From Ferroglobus placidus DSM 10642 (GTDB lineage: Archaea; Halobacteriota; Archaeoglobi; Archaeoglobales; Archaeoglobaceae): 32,000 nucleotides of DNA. The stretch is from contig NC_013849.1 of the NCBI RefSeq assembly GCF_000025505.1, forward strand, positions 1,620,001 to 1,652,000, in the 5' to 3' direction. Numbering within the stretch: the first letter of the stretch is position 1; every line of letters begins with the position of its first letter. A program made the position numbers and the translations under genes. Positions 24,182-32,000 of the stretch are shown here, piece after piece. The notes under the pieces were generated by a model that was not told the origin of the DNA, ran no database searches, and saw only the letters and a list, made by a program, of their open reading frames with translations.

Positions 24182-25081
24182 CTAAGTTGATTTCCCCGTC
24201 ACCAAATTTAATTTCGCACACCATAGCATCAAAAAGGTTTTCGAAAGAAGGGGGGTGTCCAATAATTTACGAAGCCCATACTTCCATCTTAAAGCAATTT
24301 TTATACAGTAAACAATATTTCTTGCAAGAATCCTCGTTTTATCACTTCTACCTCTGGACTTCAGTCTATCGCCGAATTCAACGCTTAGAGCTCCGAAGAC
24401 TCCTTCTCCAACGGCTCTATACCTGTAAATCGATCTATCGAAAGAGAGATCCCTTATCTTCGAACCAAAGCCGTCTGTTTTTCTCTTCGTCGGCTTAACG
24501 ATCGGCAGATAGCCTTTCCAAACGAGTTCGTTCAGAGCTTTTTTGGTGTCAAAGGCTCCGTCAGCGAGAACGAATCCTTTTCCTTCCGGAATTCCCCGAA
24601 TAAATTCTTCTTCAGAACTCATTAGGTCAACGTAAACTGGAATGAGCGATTCTCCAACTCTAACGCAGACGAAGAGTTCGCTCAAGTTCTTGTTCCAGTT
24701 CGAAAACTTTGTAGAGTCTATTACGGTGTAGAAGTATTCTACCTGACTCAGAAACTCGTTCATGGCTTTGAGAACTTCTTTTATCAGATCCGAGTGCCTT
24801 GTTTCCTAGTAATTGAGCGTGGACTTCGGAATTCTGACTTTGAGGAATTTCCTTGCGAGAGATTCCGAATAGCGAAGGCTGCACTTAAAGATCTCTTTCA
24901 GAACGATAGCCTTGACGTACAGGCTTAGACATCTTTTAGGCTTCCTTCCCTTACGTTTCTCGAATCTTTCATCAATCTTCAGCGATGCCAAAATCACGTG
25001 AAGGAATTTGAGAATCAGTTCGACGTCGTAAATGGCTGAATTCCATCTTTTGAGCAAGTTCGGAAAGTTATTTTCGGACAC
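24182..25081 (-). pseudogene. DDE transposase reading frame interrupted by a single in-frame TAG
   Basis: Track ORFs 24806-25081 and 24182-24763 are in the SAME frame. The only stop between them is TAG at 24808-24806 (...RIPKSTLNY*ETRHSDLIKEVLKAMNEFLSQ...). DDE features: TVIDSTKF, VLADGAFD, YRYRAVGEGVF (Y-x2-R-x3-E). GTG start inside the right IR. The frame runs about 68 nt past the left IR. Confidence 0.7.
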
Positions 25082-25086
25082 GCCCC
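24250..25086 (-). mobile_element. small IS element (about 0.84 kb, IS4/IS5-superfamily DDE transposase); boundaries approximate
   Basis: Imperfect terminal inverted repeats: GGGGGGTGTCCAATAATTTACGAA (24250-) against the reverse complement of 25086 inward, GGGGCGTGTCCGAAAATAACTTTCCGAA. The outer 11 nt match 10/11 (10/12 if one further outward position is counted), then there is extended similarity with small indels. I could identify no convincing target-site duplication. Confidence 0.6.
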
Positions 25087-25130
25087 GGTAAAGGATGGCT
25101 TTAAATATTTGAAGTTACAGAAATATGTGT

Positions 25131-25409
25131 ATGCCCAACATAACTTTATCGATACCAGAGGACATTTACAGGAAAATAAAGAAGTACAGTGAGATTAAAT
25201 GGAGCGAAGTAATAAGGAGGGCGATAGTTGACTATTTGAAGAAATTAGAAGAAAGTAAGACTGAGATTAGTGCTAAAGAGCTTTTAGACGAACTCGGTGA
25301 AGATTTTAAAAAGAGTTTAAACGAACTTGATTTCGAGAGGTCTGTTGAAGGCTACGAAAGAATGAGGGATATGGAATGGAAAAGGATCTCTACGATACGA
25401 GTAAACTAA
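25131..25409 (+). CDS. vapB: VapB-type antitoxin
   Basis: MPNITLSIPEDIYRKIKKYSEIKWSEVIRRAIVDYLKKLEE. Paralogous at the protein level to 26451-26690. Track start is 25125; ATG 25131 preferred. TATA-like CTTTAAATATT about 25 nt upstream. Confidence 0.75.
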   Translation: MPNITLSIPEDIYRKIKKYSEIKWSEVIRRAIVDYLKKLEESKTEISAKELLDELGEDFKKSLNELDFERSVEGYERMRDMEWKRISTIRVN

Positions 25410-25670
25410 TTGAATTATACAGGAACGAGAAAAGCGTTAGCGGATACACTAGAACTGGATCTCACAATATTGTACCCATCAAAATCCGATTATAACCTAG
25501 CTCTCAAAATTTCTACGGAACTGCTAAAAATTGGAAAGCCTATACCTGCTGTCGATATAATAATCTCCGCAATCTCAATAAATAAGGGTTTAAGGGTAAT
25601 AACGAAAGATAAACACTTCCTATTTGTTAAAGATGTTATAAGCGAATTCAATGTCATAGTAGAAGATTAG
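25376..25670 (+). pseudogene. vapC: PIN-domain VapC toxin gene disrupted by a 1-nt frameshift
   Basis: Own translation from ATG 25376: MEKDLYDTSKLIELYRNEKSVSGYT... (PIN N-terminus with catalytic Asp), which hits TAA at 25493. The rest of the PIN domain (..LELDLTILYPSK...PAVDIIISAISINKGLRVITKDKHF..) is in the +1 frame, as track ORF 25410-25670, which has only a TTG start. The shift lies at about 25440-25460. Confidence 0.65.
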
Positions 25671-25848
25671 CTTTCTCTTAACTCTGTTTACTTTTAATGC
25701 TACTTTAGTTCCGAGAAGTAGCTTGTATAAGAGTTTAGCAAATCTGCTTTATAGAGAGACACTTGGAATGGGAGTACGATGATGAGAGAAAACTGTAGAG
25801 TGGATTTCAAAAATAACCGGAATGAAGGAAAGCGAGGTACGGATATAA

Positions 25849-26004
25849 CTTGCTTTAGATACTTTCAAGAGGTTGTGGGACGGAATAAGCGATGAAATGA
25901 AGCGAAAAGCGGTCTTTTACTCAGATCGCCGGGACGCTTACAATTTAATCCCTTACAAGCCACGTTGGAAGATCGTTCTTAACCGACAACAAACAAACTC
26001 CTAA
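25849..26004 (+). pseudogene. possible relic of a DDE transposase gene (start-less 51-codon fragment)
   Basis: Own translation: LALDTFKRLWDGISDEMKRKAVFYSDRRDAYNLIPYKPRWKIVLNRQQTNS*. The F-Y-S-D-x4-Y-x-L-I pattern resembles the second-Asp region of IS1/IS6-type transposases. Stops occur in all frames upstream and there is no start codon. Confidence 0.3.
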
Positions 26005-26053
26005 GATGGGCTTTGTAGGCAAAAAAGCTCGTGAGAAAGCAGAAGTTGAGAAA

Positions 26054-26470
26054 TTAAACGAACTCTCGAATATGCATTACGAAGTCAAATTTAGCTTTTT
26101 CAATTAACTTTTCATCCGCCGTATATAGTTTGGCTTTTTGCTCTTCAGCCAGAGCTATGTAGGAAGCGTCGTAAATCGTTAAGTCATTCTCAACCGCAAT
26201 TTCCGCCGTTCTCTCCGCGAGTTTTCCTGTTAGTGGGTATAGTCTGAAACCGTAGAGGGTTATGACTCTTGCAGCCGTTACGATTTCCTCTTTGTTAAAC
26301 AGTCCTTTATGCTTCAAAGCGTTCAGAACTTCGTAGGGCATTAGTTCCGGGGAGATAATCTCTACGCTTCCGTTTATGTATTCATCTCGTAATTTTCTCG
26401 CGTTCTTCGAGTAAACCTCGTCAACAAACCATTTCACTATTACGCTCGCGTCAGCTACGACCTTTTCCAT
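26054..26470 (-). CDS. vapC: PIN-domain ribonuclease toxin VapC
   Basis: 138 aa. MEKVVADASVIVKWF (Asp), EVLNAL, TIYDASYIALAEE, YTADEKL: four acidic PIN positions. Confidence 0.85.
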   Translation of the reverse strand: MEKVVADASVIVKWFVDEVYSKNARKLRDEYINGSVEIISPELMPYEVLNALKHKGLFNKEEIVTAARVITLYGFRLYPLTGKLAERTAEIAVENDLTIYDASYIALAEEQKAKLYTADEKLIEKAKFDFVMHIREFV

Positions 26471-26690
26471 ACCTCTTGTCCCTCCACTCTCGAATGATCT
26501 CGGTAGTATCTGTCGCAGACTTCTTTCTTATTTTCTCGTTCAAAAGTAAAGCCTCTGCGAGGTTTCTGCTCTCAAGCCTTTCTATTACTTTTTCTATCTC
26601 TTTTCTTATTATTTCACTCCAGTTTACGTATCTGTGTCTATCCATTTTTTTCTTTAGTTCGTCGCTAACTCTTACACTTATTACAGGCAT
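26451..26690 (-). CDS. vapB: VapB-type antitoxin
   Basis: 79 aa. MPVISVRVSDELKKKMDRHRYVNWSEIIRKEIEKVIERLE. Overlaps vapC by 20 nt. Confidence 0.8.
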   Translation of the reverse strand: MPVISVRVSDELKKKMDRHRYVNWSEIIRKEIEKVIERLESRNLAEALLLNEKIRKKSATDTTEIIREWRDKRYGKGRS

Positions 26691-26777
26691 ACTTGTATTG
26701 CTGTATTACAACAGATAAAGCTTTTGGAAGAACCAAGGGCAGAGCTATGACTCAGCGATAATTAAAAATTGTAAAAT

Positions 26778-27557
26778 TCAAAAGCTCCTCATAGCCTCTT
26801 TCAGCCTCTTCTGCCCCTCTTCGCTAAACCAAAGGGAAGTGAATGTCTCCACGTCTTTTTCCAGCAAAGCCAAGCACTCCTCTTTTACTTTCAACGTTCT
26901 GTTTTTCTTTACAGCCGAAAAGGCTTCAGCCGGATGGTTAAGACTCTTTACCTTTTCTATCGACTTTTCCACAAGTTCTTCCTTCGAAAAAACACCGTCT
27001 ATTATTCCCAACTCCAACGCCTTTTCTGCTGAATAGAAGTCTCCTCCGTAAACCACGTCCCTCGCGACCCTCTCGTCTATCATCTGGAGAATCCTCTGGG
27101 GAAGATACGGCACTGAAAGTCCGAGCTTTATCTCGTTCAATCCTATGAGAGCTTTCTCCTTAACCATGAATCTGTAGTCGCAGCAGAGAGCGAGAATGCA
27201 TCCTCCAGCTATTGCATGCCCGTTTACTGCTGCAACCGTCGGCTTCGGCATCGTGTATATCTCCAGACAGAGAAGGTTGAAGCTCCTAATAAACTCTTTA
27301 AACAGCTGTTTGTCGTAGTCGATAAGCTTTGGAACGTCCAATCCGATTGAGAAAAACCTCTCGTCCTTGCTCGTTAGCACGATTCCACTTGCTTCGCTCT
27401 TAACAGATTCCACCGCTCTCTTCAAATCCTCTACCAGCTCCGGATTTATAGGGTTCTTTTTTCCGCTGTTCATTTTGAGAATAGCCACACCATCCACAAC
27501 TTCCACTTCCACGCTCATGAGTCTAAATTCGTAACGAATTTTTTGAAGTTTTTGCAT
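26778..27557 (-). CDS. enoyl-CoA hydratase/isomerase (crotonase) family protein
   Basis: 259 aa. Oxyanion-hole region FFSIGLDV and AAVNGHAIAGGCILALCCDYR. An alternative start at ATG 27518 (MSVEVEVVDGVAIL) is equally plausible. Confidence 0.85.
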   Translation of the reverse strand: MQKLQKIRYEFRLMSVEVEVVDGVAILKMNSGKKNPINPELVEDLKRAVESVKSEASGIVLTSKDERFFSIGLDVPKLIDYDKQLFKEFIRSFNLLCLEIYTMPKPTVAAVNGHAIAGGCILALCCDYRFMVKEKALIGLNEIKLGLSVPYLPQRILQMIDERVARDVVYGGDFYSAEKALELGIIDGVFSKEELVEKSIEKVKSLNHPAEAFSAVKKNRTLKVKEECLALLEKDVETFTSLWFSEEGQKRLKEAMRSF

Positions 27558-27601
27558 TTAAAAATAAACATTTAAAAATAAATTAAATTAAGTAGATTAA
27601 G

Positions 27602-30600
27602 TTAAGAAGTTTTAGAGTATTTTACGAGCACGTTTATGAATTCTTTGTCAGATATCTCTTTGTTAATCCAGTCTTTCAGAGCTACAGTCAACTCCATGTA
27701 ATCTATTTTTCCATCTCCGTTGAAATCGTATCTTTGCCAGGGTTCGCTGGGAGCGAGAACTGTAATGCTAAGCGATTTGCTGAAGTTTCCTGAAGAGCTC
27801 TCCAAGCTTACATCTATTGAGAAAGTTCCTTTAACCTTTGGAACCGTGAACTCAGCCGTGTAGTTTCCGGAAATGGTGGTAATAGAGTCTTTCATGCCCC
27901 ATTCAGCCGGAAAGACAATTGTAAGCTTTCCATCCAAGTTCGTCACAACTTCTATCACTAGCGTATCTCCCTGCATAACTTGAGCGGGAGCTTTTACATC
28001 GAAGAAAGGTTTTTTCTCAGCTATACTTATTTCTTTTTCGAATTCGTTAACGTTTCCAGCTCTGTCAACGATCACAACTTTAAGCACTCCGGATTTTTCG
28101 GCGTTGAACTCGAATGCGTGATGAGTTGTATAGTTCTCATTGGTAGTGTATTCATTTCCGAACTCTGCAAAAGCTTTCGCTGGCTCGTTAAGTTCAATTT
28201 CAACGAACAGAGACGAACTCCTATTAATTTTAATATTCTCCAAGCTCGGGGGCGTACGATCGATCGTTATTGCCAGAGATTTCACGTCTTCTCTGTTTCC
28301 GTAAACATCAACTGAATAATAGTATATTTTTGTCGTTCCTTCTGAGTCAACGACAACCTCGAAAGGTTCGCTGCCATCAACTCTTATCCATTTGCTTTGA
28401 GAGTTTATAGAGTAATTTGTGTAAGCCACTCCGCTGTCATCGTAGCGGGAGAAGGTTACAACTACACTCGTGTTGAAAATTCCAGATTCAGAAGGTTTTG
28501 CTGAGAGAGAATAGCTCGTGATTGGAGGAGTTGTGTCAGTGTTGTTGTAAGTTATCTCATAACTTGCTTTACCTTCGTTTTTGATCTTAATGTGATTTCT
28601 ATCAACAATTTCCCAGTTTGCAAACAACTTACCGTTCTTTTTCACTTTAACTCCCGCAGTACTACTCAGCCAGATTGTAACTTCGCAATCCCCTTCGATG
28701 GTAAGGATTGCTTTACCGTCTTCGTATTTAAGTAACGCTTTTGGAATTTCGCGGGAAGATGAGATTAAATTCTTAGAACCCAACGTGTATTTTCTGAAGT
28801 CCTCAAGGTACACGTACTTCAGCTGATTTGTTGAATCGAACCTCGCAAAAGCTATCTTAGCATCGCTCACAACATTTTCATAATAAACTTTCCCATCTGC
28901 TATGTGGATAAGGTCTCTGTACTTTTCAGTCAAGACCTCCACAGCATATCCGTCTCCTTCAACTTCAAGCTGCCTAAAGCTTGGGACAGCTTCATTCTTG
29001 CTGAGGTTTCTCGGGTAGTGCACTGTAATGTATTTGACTTCTTTTCCGATCTGCTCGGCTTTGATGAACGGATGCCAGAGATGATCCAGCGATTTGTCAC
29101 CTCTTGAACCGTATTGCATTCCTGAGAGATCGTAGGTAATTTCGCAAGCTGGGGCTATGAAAGTGTCAAGCTCAACCCAGTGGGTGTTTGTGTAGAGTGG
29201 CGTGCGGGAAGATACTTTCGTTAAGCTTTCAGTTGTCCAAGAGACGAAGTTCGTTACAGCTTTGAAAGGTTCCTTGTTCCACCAGTCCACGACCTTTCCA
29301 CCAATTTTAAGAATTCCTTTGACTGGATAGTTGACCCTCGGCTCTTTGCTTGTATCAGCCTCAGTTCCACCGTATTGGATAGTCATCTGGAATTTGTAAG
29401 GCTTCTCAGCTTTCAGCTCATCAAGGATCACAAAGTAGTCTTTCGGGAATATTACGGTTCTGTTCCACTTTATCTCCGGCAGTGTCAGGGTTTCTTTAGT
29501 TTCAACGTTCCTGAACTTTTTGATCTTAGTAAAGACGGTTGCCGATTCAAGGTCTTTGGAAATGAAGTAGTCCGTCAGCAGAGAGGGATTTTCAAGCTTA
29601 CCGAACTGCTTCCACCTCGAAGGAACGAGGGTGTCGTTGAATATAAAGCTCGAAAATCCGAACCCACCTTCCTGTTTAACTTCAGTTCCTTTCCATCCTC
29701 TTTCATCACCCCTGTCAACAACGAGATACGCTCTGTAAGCCCATATTGAATACGCTCCGTGATATGTTCTGCTCGTTGTGGCGGAGCTCCAGATGGGGTG
29801 GTTGTGTCCGTATAATTTGAGCCAGAGCTCATTTCCGTCCCTTCCATTTCTGAAAATCGCTTTAGCGTTTGCTTTCGAGAAGTAAGAATACGTTCCGTTC
29901 CACTTAGGTTCATCTTCTGGTAGTGTGTAATCGTAGAAAATTCCCGGAAATATCGCTTTGTTCACATCTCCAAATATCCCAGCAGCCTGCAATCCTTTTT
30001 TCATCAGTACGTGGTTTATATACCACTGGTGGTTGAGTTTGTCCTGCCCTTTATACAGATCTACCGTTATCCATTGTTCATGCCAAGCTACTCCGCCAGA
30101 TCTGAGACCTTTATTGTTCGGTTCACCTCCAGTCGGGTCTGAATGCCACACTGGCTGATCGAAAATCCCTCTTGCCAAGTCGTTGATCAAATCGTCTCCG
30201 AATAGCTTATGATATGTCATCACTCCTATAGCAAGCGTTTTCGCATACTGTCCTCTGTACTGTCCTTGATAGGTAAATCCTCCCGGCAAATGGGTGATCA
30301 TTGCAGCCGGATAAGGAGCTCCAGTTATGGATTCGAAGAAGAGATTTTTCATAGCATCTCTGATAGATAGATACGGGTTGAGGTAGTCCAAATACTCTCC
30401 GTTATACCCGAGCAGAGAGGACATTACAACAACAAGTATAGGGTTCTCAACAAGCATGTGGTTATTGGGGTCTGCTAAATTACCTTCTCTTGGCAAAGAT
30501 TCTTTCGAGTTGTAAACGTGGTAAATGTATACTTTCCACCTAATTTCCTTTGCAATTTCAGCAAGTTTGCTTTCTATCGTGTGATACTGGGTTTTGTTCG

Positions 30601-31846
30601 TTTTGTAGAGGTACTCTCTCAGGAAATCGAAAGCAAGTGCGTAGTACAAAGCGTTCTTTTCAGCTCTGAGGTATATGTGCTCCTTACCACCGTAAATAGT
30701 CTTGTCCTCCACTTCCTTTCCAGCTGTTAAAAGAGCTTCAGCTGCTTTTTCAGCGTATTTTTCATCTCCAGTCAATAAGTAAGCAAAAGCGAGTGCCAGT
30801 ATCTTTCTACCTTTGTAGGAAGCGTAGGTCAAATCGTCATCAAGGTAAGAGTTTGCTCTTCCTATGAGCAACTTCCTCCAGCTCTTGTAAGGCTCCACGT
30901 CTTTGTACTTGACTATTGGAATTTCCGAAACATCGCTGAAGAGCATATACGGATAGGCTGGAACCAAAAACCTCACAGCTCTGTTGTTCTCCTCAAGTAC
31001 ATCTTCGGAAGAAACAACTCTGACCTCCACTTTAACAACTCCATCTCTGTAATCGTACACTCCGAGGGTTTTGACTACCTCCCCTCCGGAAGGGACAGAA
31101 AAGCTTTCAGTTTCACCAACCTTTTTGTCGTTTATCCACAGCTCAAGCTTTACGTTCTCAGCTTCCAAGCTTCCAACGTTTCTGACTTTAGCCGAGACGC
31201 TCACTGATGTTGGCGAGTCGTAAGGTGTTTCAGGATTGAATGTTATGAAAGAAGGCTTTATCTCAAGTTCTGGCGCATCGGTTATGGGCTGAGAAATAAA
31301 CTCCGCGTAACTTCCACTTTTTCTTTTACTGTCGACCTCTATGAATACAAGCCTTTTTTCCCTTCCAAATATCTTCTTCGCTTCAATTCCGCTGTTCGGA
31401 GGGTTTGTGTTTATCGTCCAAGGTGCAACTTTAAGTTGAGAGCCATTTTTGGTCACTGTAACGTTATCAAGCAAAATCCACCCACCACCAGCAAGGCTGA
31501 CGTATCTTATCTTCACCCTTTTTCCGTAAGCATCCCCCAAATCAACTACAACATGCATTGGGTCTATCGGTGGAGCTCTTCCTCCACTTCTTGGAAAATC
31601 CGTTGCTCTAAATGTTTTTATTAGCTGATCTTCAACATAAATTTCCAGCTTTGCGGTCGTCGGATACCAGTATCCTTTAATATCGAAAGATAATTCATAG
31701 TTCTGAGCTGTAACTGGTTGGAATAACAGTCCTATTAAGAATATTAAACCCAACAAGTATAAGTCCCATCTCATGATAATAGTTGTAATGGTGAGTAGAA
31801 AAGCTTTTCTATTACTTTTGTGAGATACAAAATTTCCGTTAAACAT
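27602..31846 (-). CDS. giant secreted multidomain protein: N-terminal beta-sandwich, CARDB-like domain, heparinase II/III-/alginate-lyase-like core, Ig-like repeats, C-terminal dockerin/EF-hand-like Ca-binding loop
   Basis: 1414 aa. Signal/anchor MRWDLYLLGLIFLIGLLFQPVTAQ (alternative start ATG 31774). CARDB-like region at aa ~193-293 (VSVSAKVRNVGSLEAENVKLELWINDKKVGE). Toroid-like LALAFAYLLTGDEKYAEKAAEALL (aa ~350-375). LYGHNHP...YLVVDRGDERGW (aa ~678-718) resembles the heparinase II/III C-domain. An Ig-like module TTPPITSY...DDSGVAYTNYS...DVYGNRED...DRTPPS (aa ~1104-1200). DFNGDGKIDYME (aa 1374-1385, nt 27692-27727). Confidence 0.85.
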   Translation of the reverse strand: MFNGNFVSHKSNRKAFLLTITTIIMRWDLYLLGLIFLIGLLFQPVTAQNYELSFDIKGYWYPTTAKLEIYVEDQLIKTFRATDFPRSGGRAPPIDPMHVVVDLGDAYGKRVKIRYVSLAGGGWILLDNVTVTKNGSQLKVAPWTINTNPPNSGIEAKKIFGREKRLVFIEVDSKRKSGSYAEFISQPITDAPELEIKPSFITFNPETPYDSPTSVSVSAKVRNVGSLEAENVKLELWINDKKVGETESFSVPSGGEVVKTLGVYDYRDGVVKVEVRVVSSEDVLEENNRAVRFLVPAYPYMLFSDVSEIPIVKYKDVEPYKSWRKLLIGRANSYLDDDLTYASYKGRKILALAFAYLLTGDEKYAEKAAEALLTAGKEVEDKTIYGGKEHIYLRAEKNALYYALAFDFLREYLYKTNKTQYHTIESKLAEIAKEIRWKVYIYHVYNSKESLPREGNLADPNNHMLVENPILVVVMSSLLGYNGEYLDYLNPYLSIRDAMKNLFFESITGAPYPAAMITHLPGGFTYQGQYRGQYAKTLAIGVMTYHKLFGDDLINDLARGIFDQPVWHSDPTGGEPNNKGLRSGGVAWHEQWITVDLYKGQDKLNHQWYINHVLMKKGLQAAGIFGDVNKAIFPGIFYDYTLPEDEPKWNGTYSYFSKANAKAIFRNGRDGNELWLKLYGHNHPIWSSATTSRTYHGAYSIWAYRAYLVVDRGDERGWKGTEVKQEGGFGFSSFIFNDTLVPSRWKQFGKLENPSLLTDYFISKDLESATVFTKIKKFRNVETKETLTLPEIKWNRTVIFPKDYFVILDELKAEKPYKFQMTIQYGGTEADTSKEPRVNYPVKGILKIGGKVVDWWNKEPFKAVTNFVSWTTESLTKVSSRTPLYTNTHWVELDTFIAPACEITYDLSGMQYGSRGDKSLDHLWHPFIKAEQIGKEVKYITVHYPRNLSKNEAVPSFRQLEVEGDGYAVEVLTEKYRDLIHIADGKVYYENVVSDAKIAFARFDSTNQLKYVYLEDFRKYTLGSKNLISSSREIPKALLKYEDGKAILTIEGDCEVTIWLSSTAGVKVKKNGKLFANWEIVDRNHIKIKNEGKASYEITYNNTDTTPPITSYSLSAKPSESGIFNTSVVVTFSRYDDSGVAYTNYSINSQSKWIRVDGSEPFEVVVDSEGTTKIYYYSVDVYGNREDVKSLAITIDRTPPSLENIKINRSSSLFVEIELNEPAKAFAEFGNEYTTNENYTTHHAFEFNAEKSGVLKVVIVDRAGNVNEFEKEISIAEKKPFFDVKAPAQVMQGDTLVIEVVTNLDGKLTIVFPAEWGMKDSITTISGNYTAEFTVPKVKGTFSIDVSLESSSGNFSKSLSITVLAPSEPWQRYDFNGDGKIDYMELTVALKDWINKEISDKEFINVLVKYSKTS

Positions 31847-31892
31847 TTATACCACTTACTTTATCTATTAAGGTTAACTGAGGTCAGTATGC

Positions 31893-32000
31893 ATGAAAAT
31901 CAATGATATAAAAAGATTATTAAACTTAAAAAGTTTAAATATAGACTCATTCATCGCCATTTTAGCACTCCTATTCTTCGTAGGCTTCGCAGCTCCAACG
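31893..32000 (+). CDS. possible 5' end of a membrane protein gene (runs off the right edge)
   Basis: Own translation from ATG 31893: MKINDIKRLLNLKSLNIDSFIAILALLFFVGFAAPT, with no stop before the window end. Only 36 codons are visible. Confidence 0.3.
   Translation, partial: MKINDIKRLLNLKSLNIDSFIAILALLFFVGFAAPT

Noticed and set aside
24103-24498. 131-aa plus-strand ORF overlapping the IS left end
   Set aside because: It is antisense to the transposase C-terminus, crosses the inverted repeat, and has no recognisable motif.
24806-24808. The in-frame TAG in the transposase read as pyrrolysine
   Set aside because: Nothing in the window (no pyl genes, no other in-frame TAGs in conserved genes) supports amber recoding, and many genes here terminate normally. 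A nonsense mutation is the simpler reading. Checking the genome for pylTSBCD would settle it.
24660-24884. 74-aa minus-strand ORF that could be read as a frameshift bridge between transposase orfA and orfB
   Set aside because: orfA and orfB are already in the same frame, separated only by one TAG, so no frameshift bridge is needed. This third-frame ORF is incidental.
25779-25785. ATGATGA C-box-like motif in the non-coding gap, a possible free-standing C/D sRNA
   Set aside because: There is no CTGA D box within the next ~60 nt and no C'/D' pair.
1-32000. CRISPR arrays, rRNA genes, large (>100 bp) direct or inverted repeats
   Set aside because: Reading both strands, I saw no regularly spaced 25-40-bp repeats, no rRNA-like sequence and no long duplicated segments. 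The two vapBC pairs are similar only at the protein level. A computational self-dot-plot would be the definitive check.

Overview
This is an archaeal chromosomal window. Evidence: aIF-2 beta, Nob1, an intron-containing tRNA-Trp whose intron is a box C/D guide RNA, TATA/BRE-type promoters, many leaderless starts and 1-35 nt gene overlaps. The Glu/Lys/Ile-rich proteins, a branched-polyamine synthase, futalosine-pathway menaquinone genes and Dsr-like/DsrE-like proteins suggest a (hyper)thermophilic euryarchaeon, plausibly Archaeoglobales; this is inference only. I support about 42 protein-coding genes, 2 tRNAs, 1 intron-borne C/D sRNA, 1 IS element and 3 pseudogenes or relics. Core blocks: radical SAM/proC/HD/EamA/tRNA-Ser/ABC1 kinase (1-4149); a Dsr-like Fe-S protein with a wHTH regulator (4490-5405); cbiA; speH-bpsA; a translation/ribosome-biogenesis block of m5C methyltransferase, DUF424, aIF2-beta, DUF123, Nob1 and GfcR-like (10703-14165); GT2; a radical-SAM/mqnA/radical-SAM menaquinone cluster (15061-17769); a marR-MATE-MFS efflux operon (17766-20838); aroA-aroC; and a Zn-ribbon/DsrE pair. 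Accessory parts: (i) an AT-rich five-gene operon of small membrane proteins led by a glycine-zipper peptide and preceded by 19-bp tandem repeats (8687-10685), my best candidate for an undescribed system; (ii) a decaying mobile-element islet 3' of tRNA-Trp (24004-26777) with an IS whose transposase carries one in-frame TAG, a frameshifted vapBC, a transposase relic and an intact vapBC; (iii) a 1414-aa secreted multidomain protein (heparinase II/III-like core, CARDB, Ig-like, dockerin/EF-hand-like tail). I saw no CRISPR array and no rRNA. All family calls come from motif recognition by eye, with no database search.
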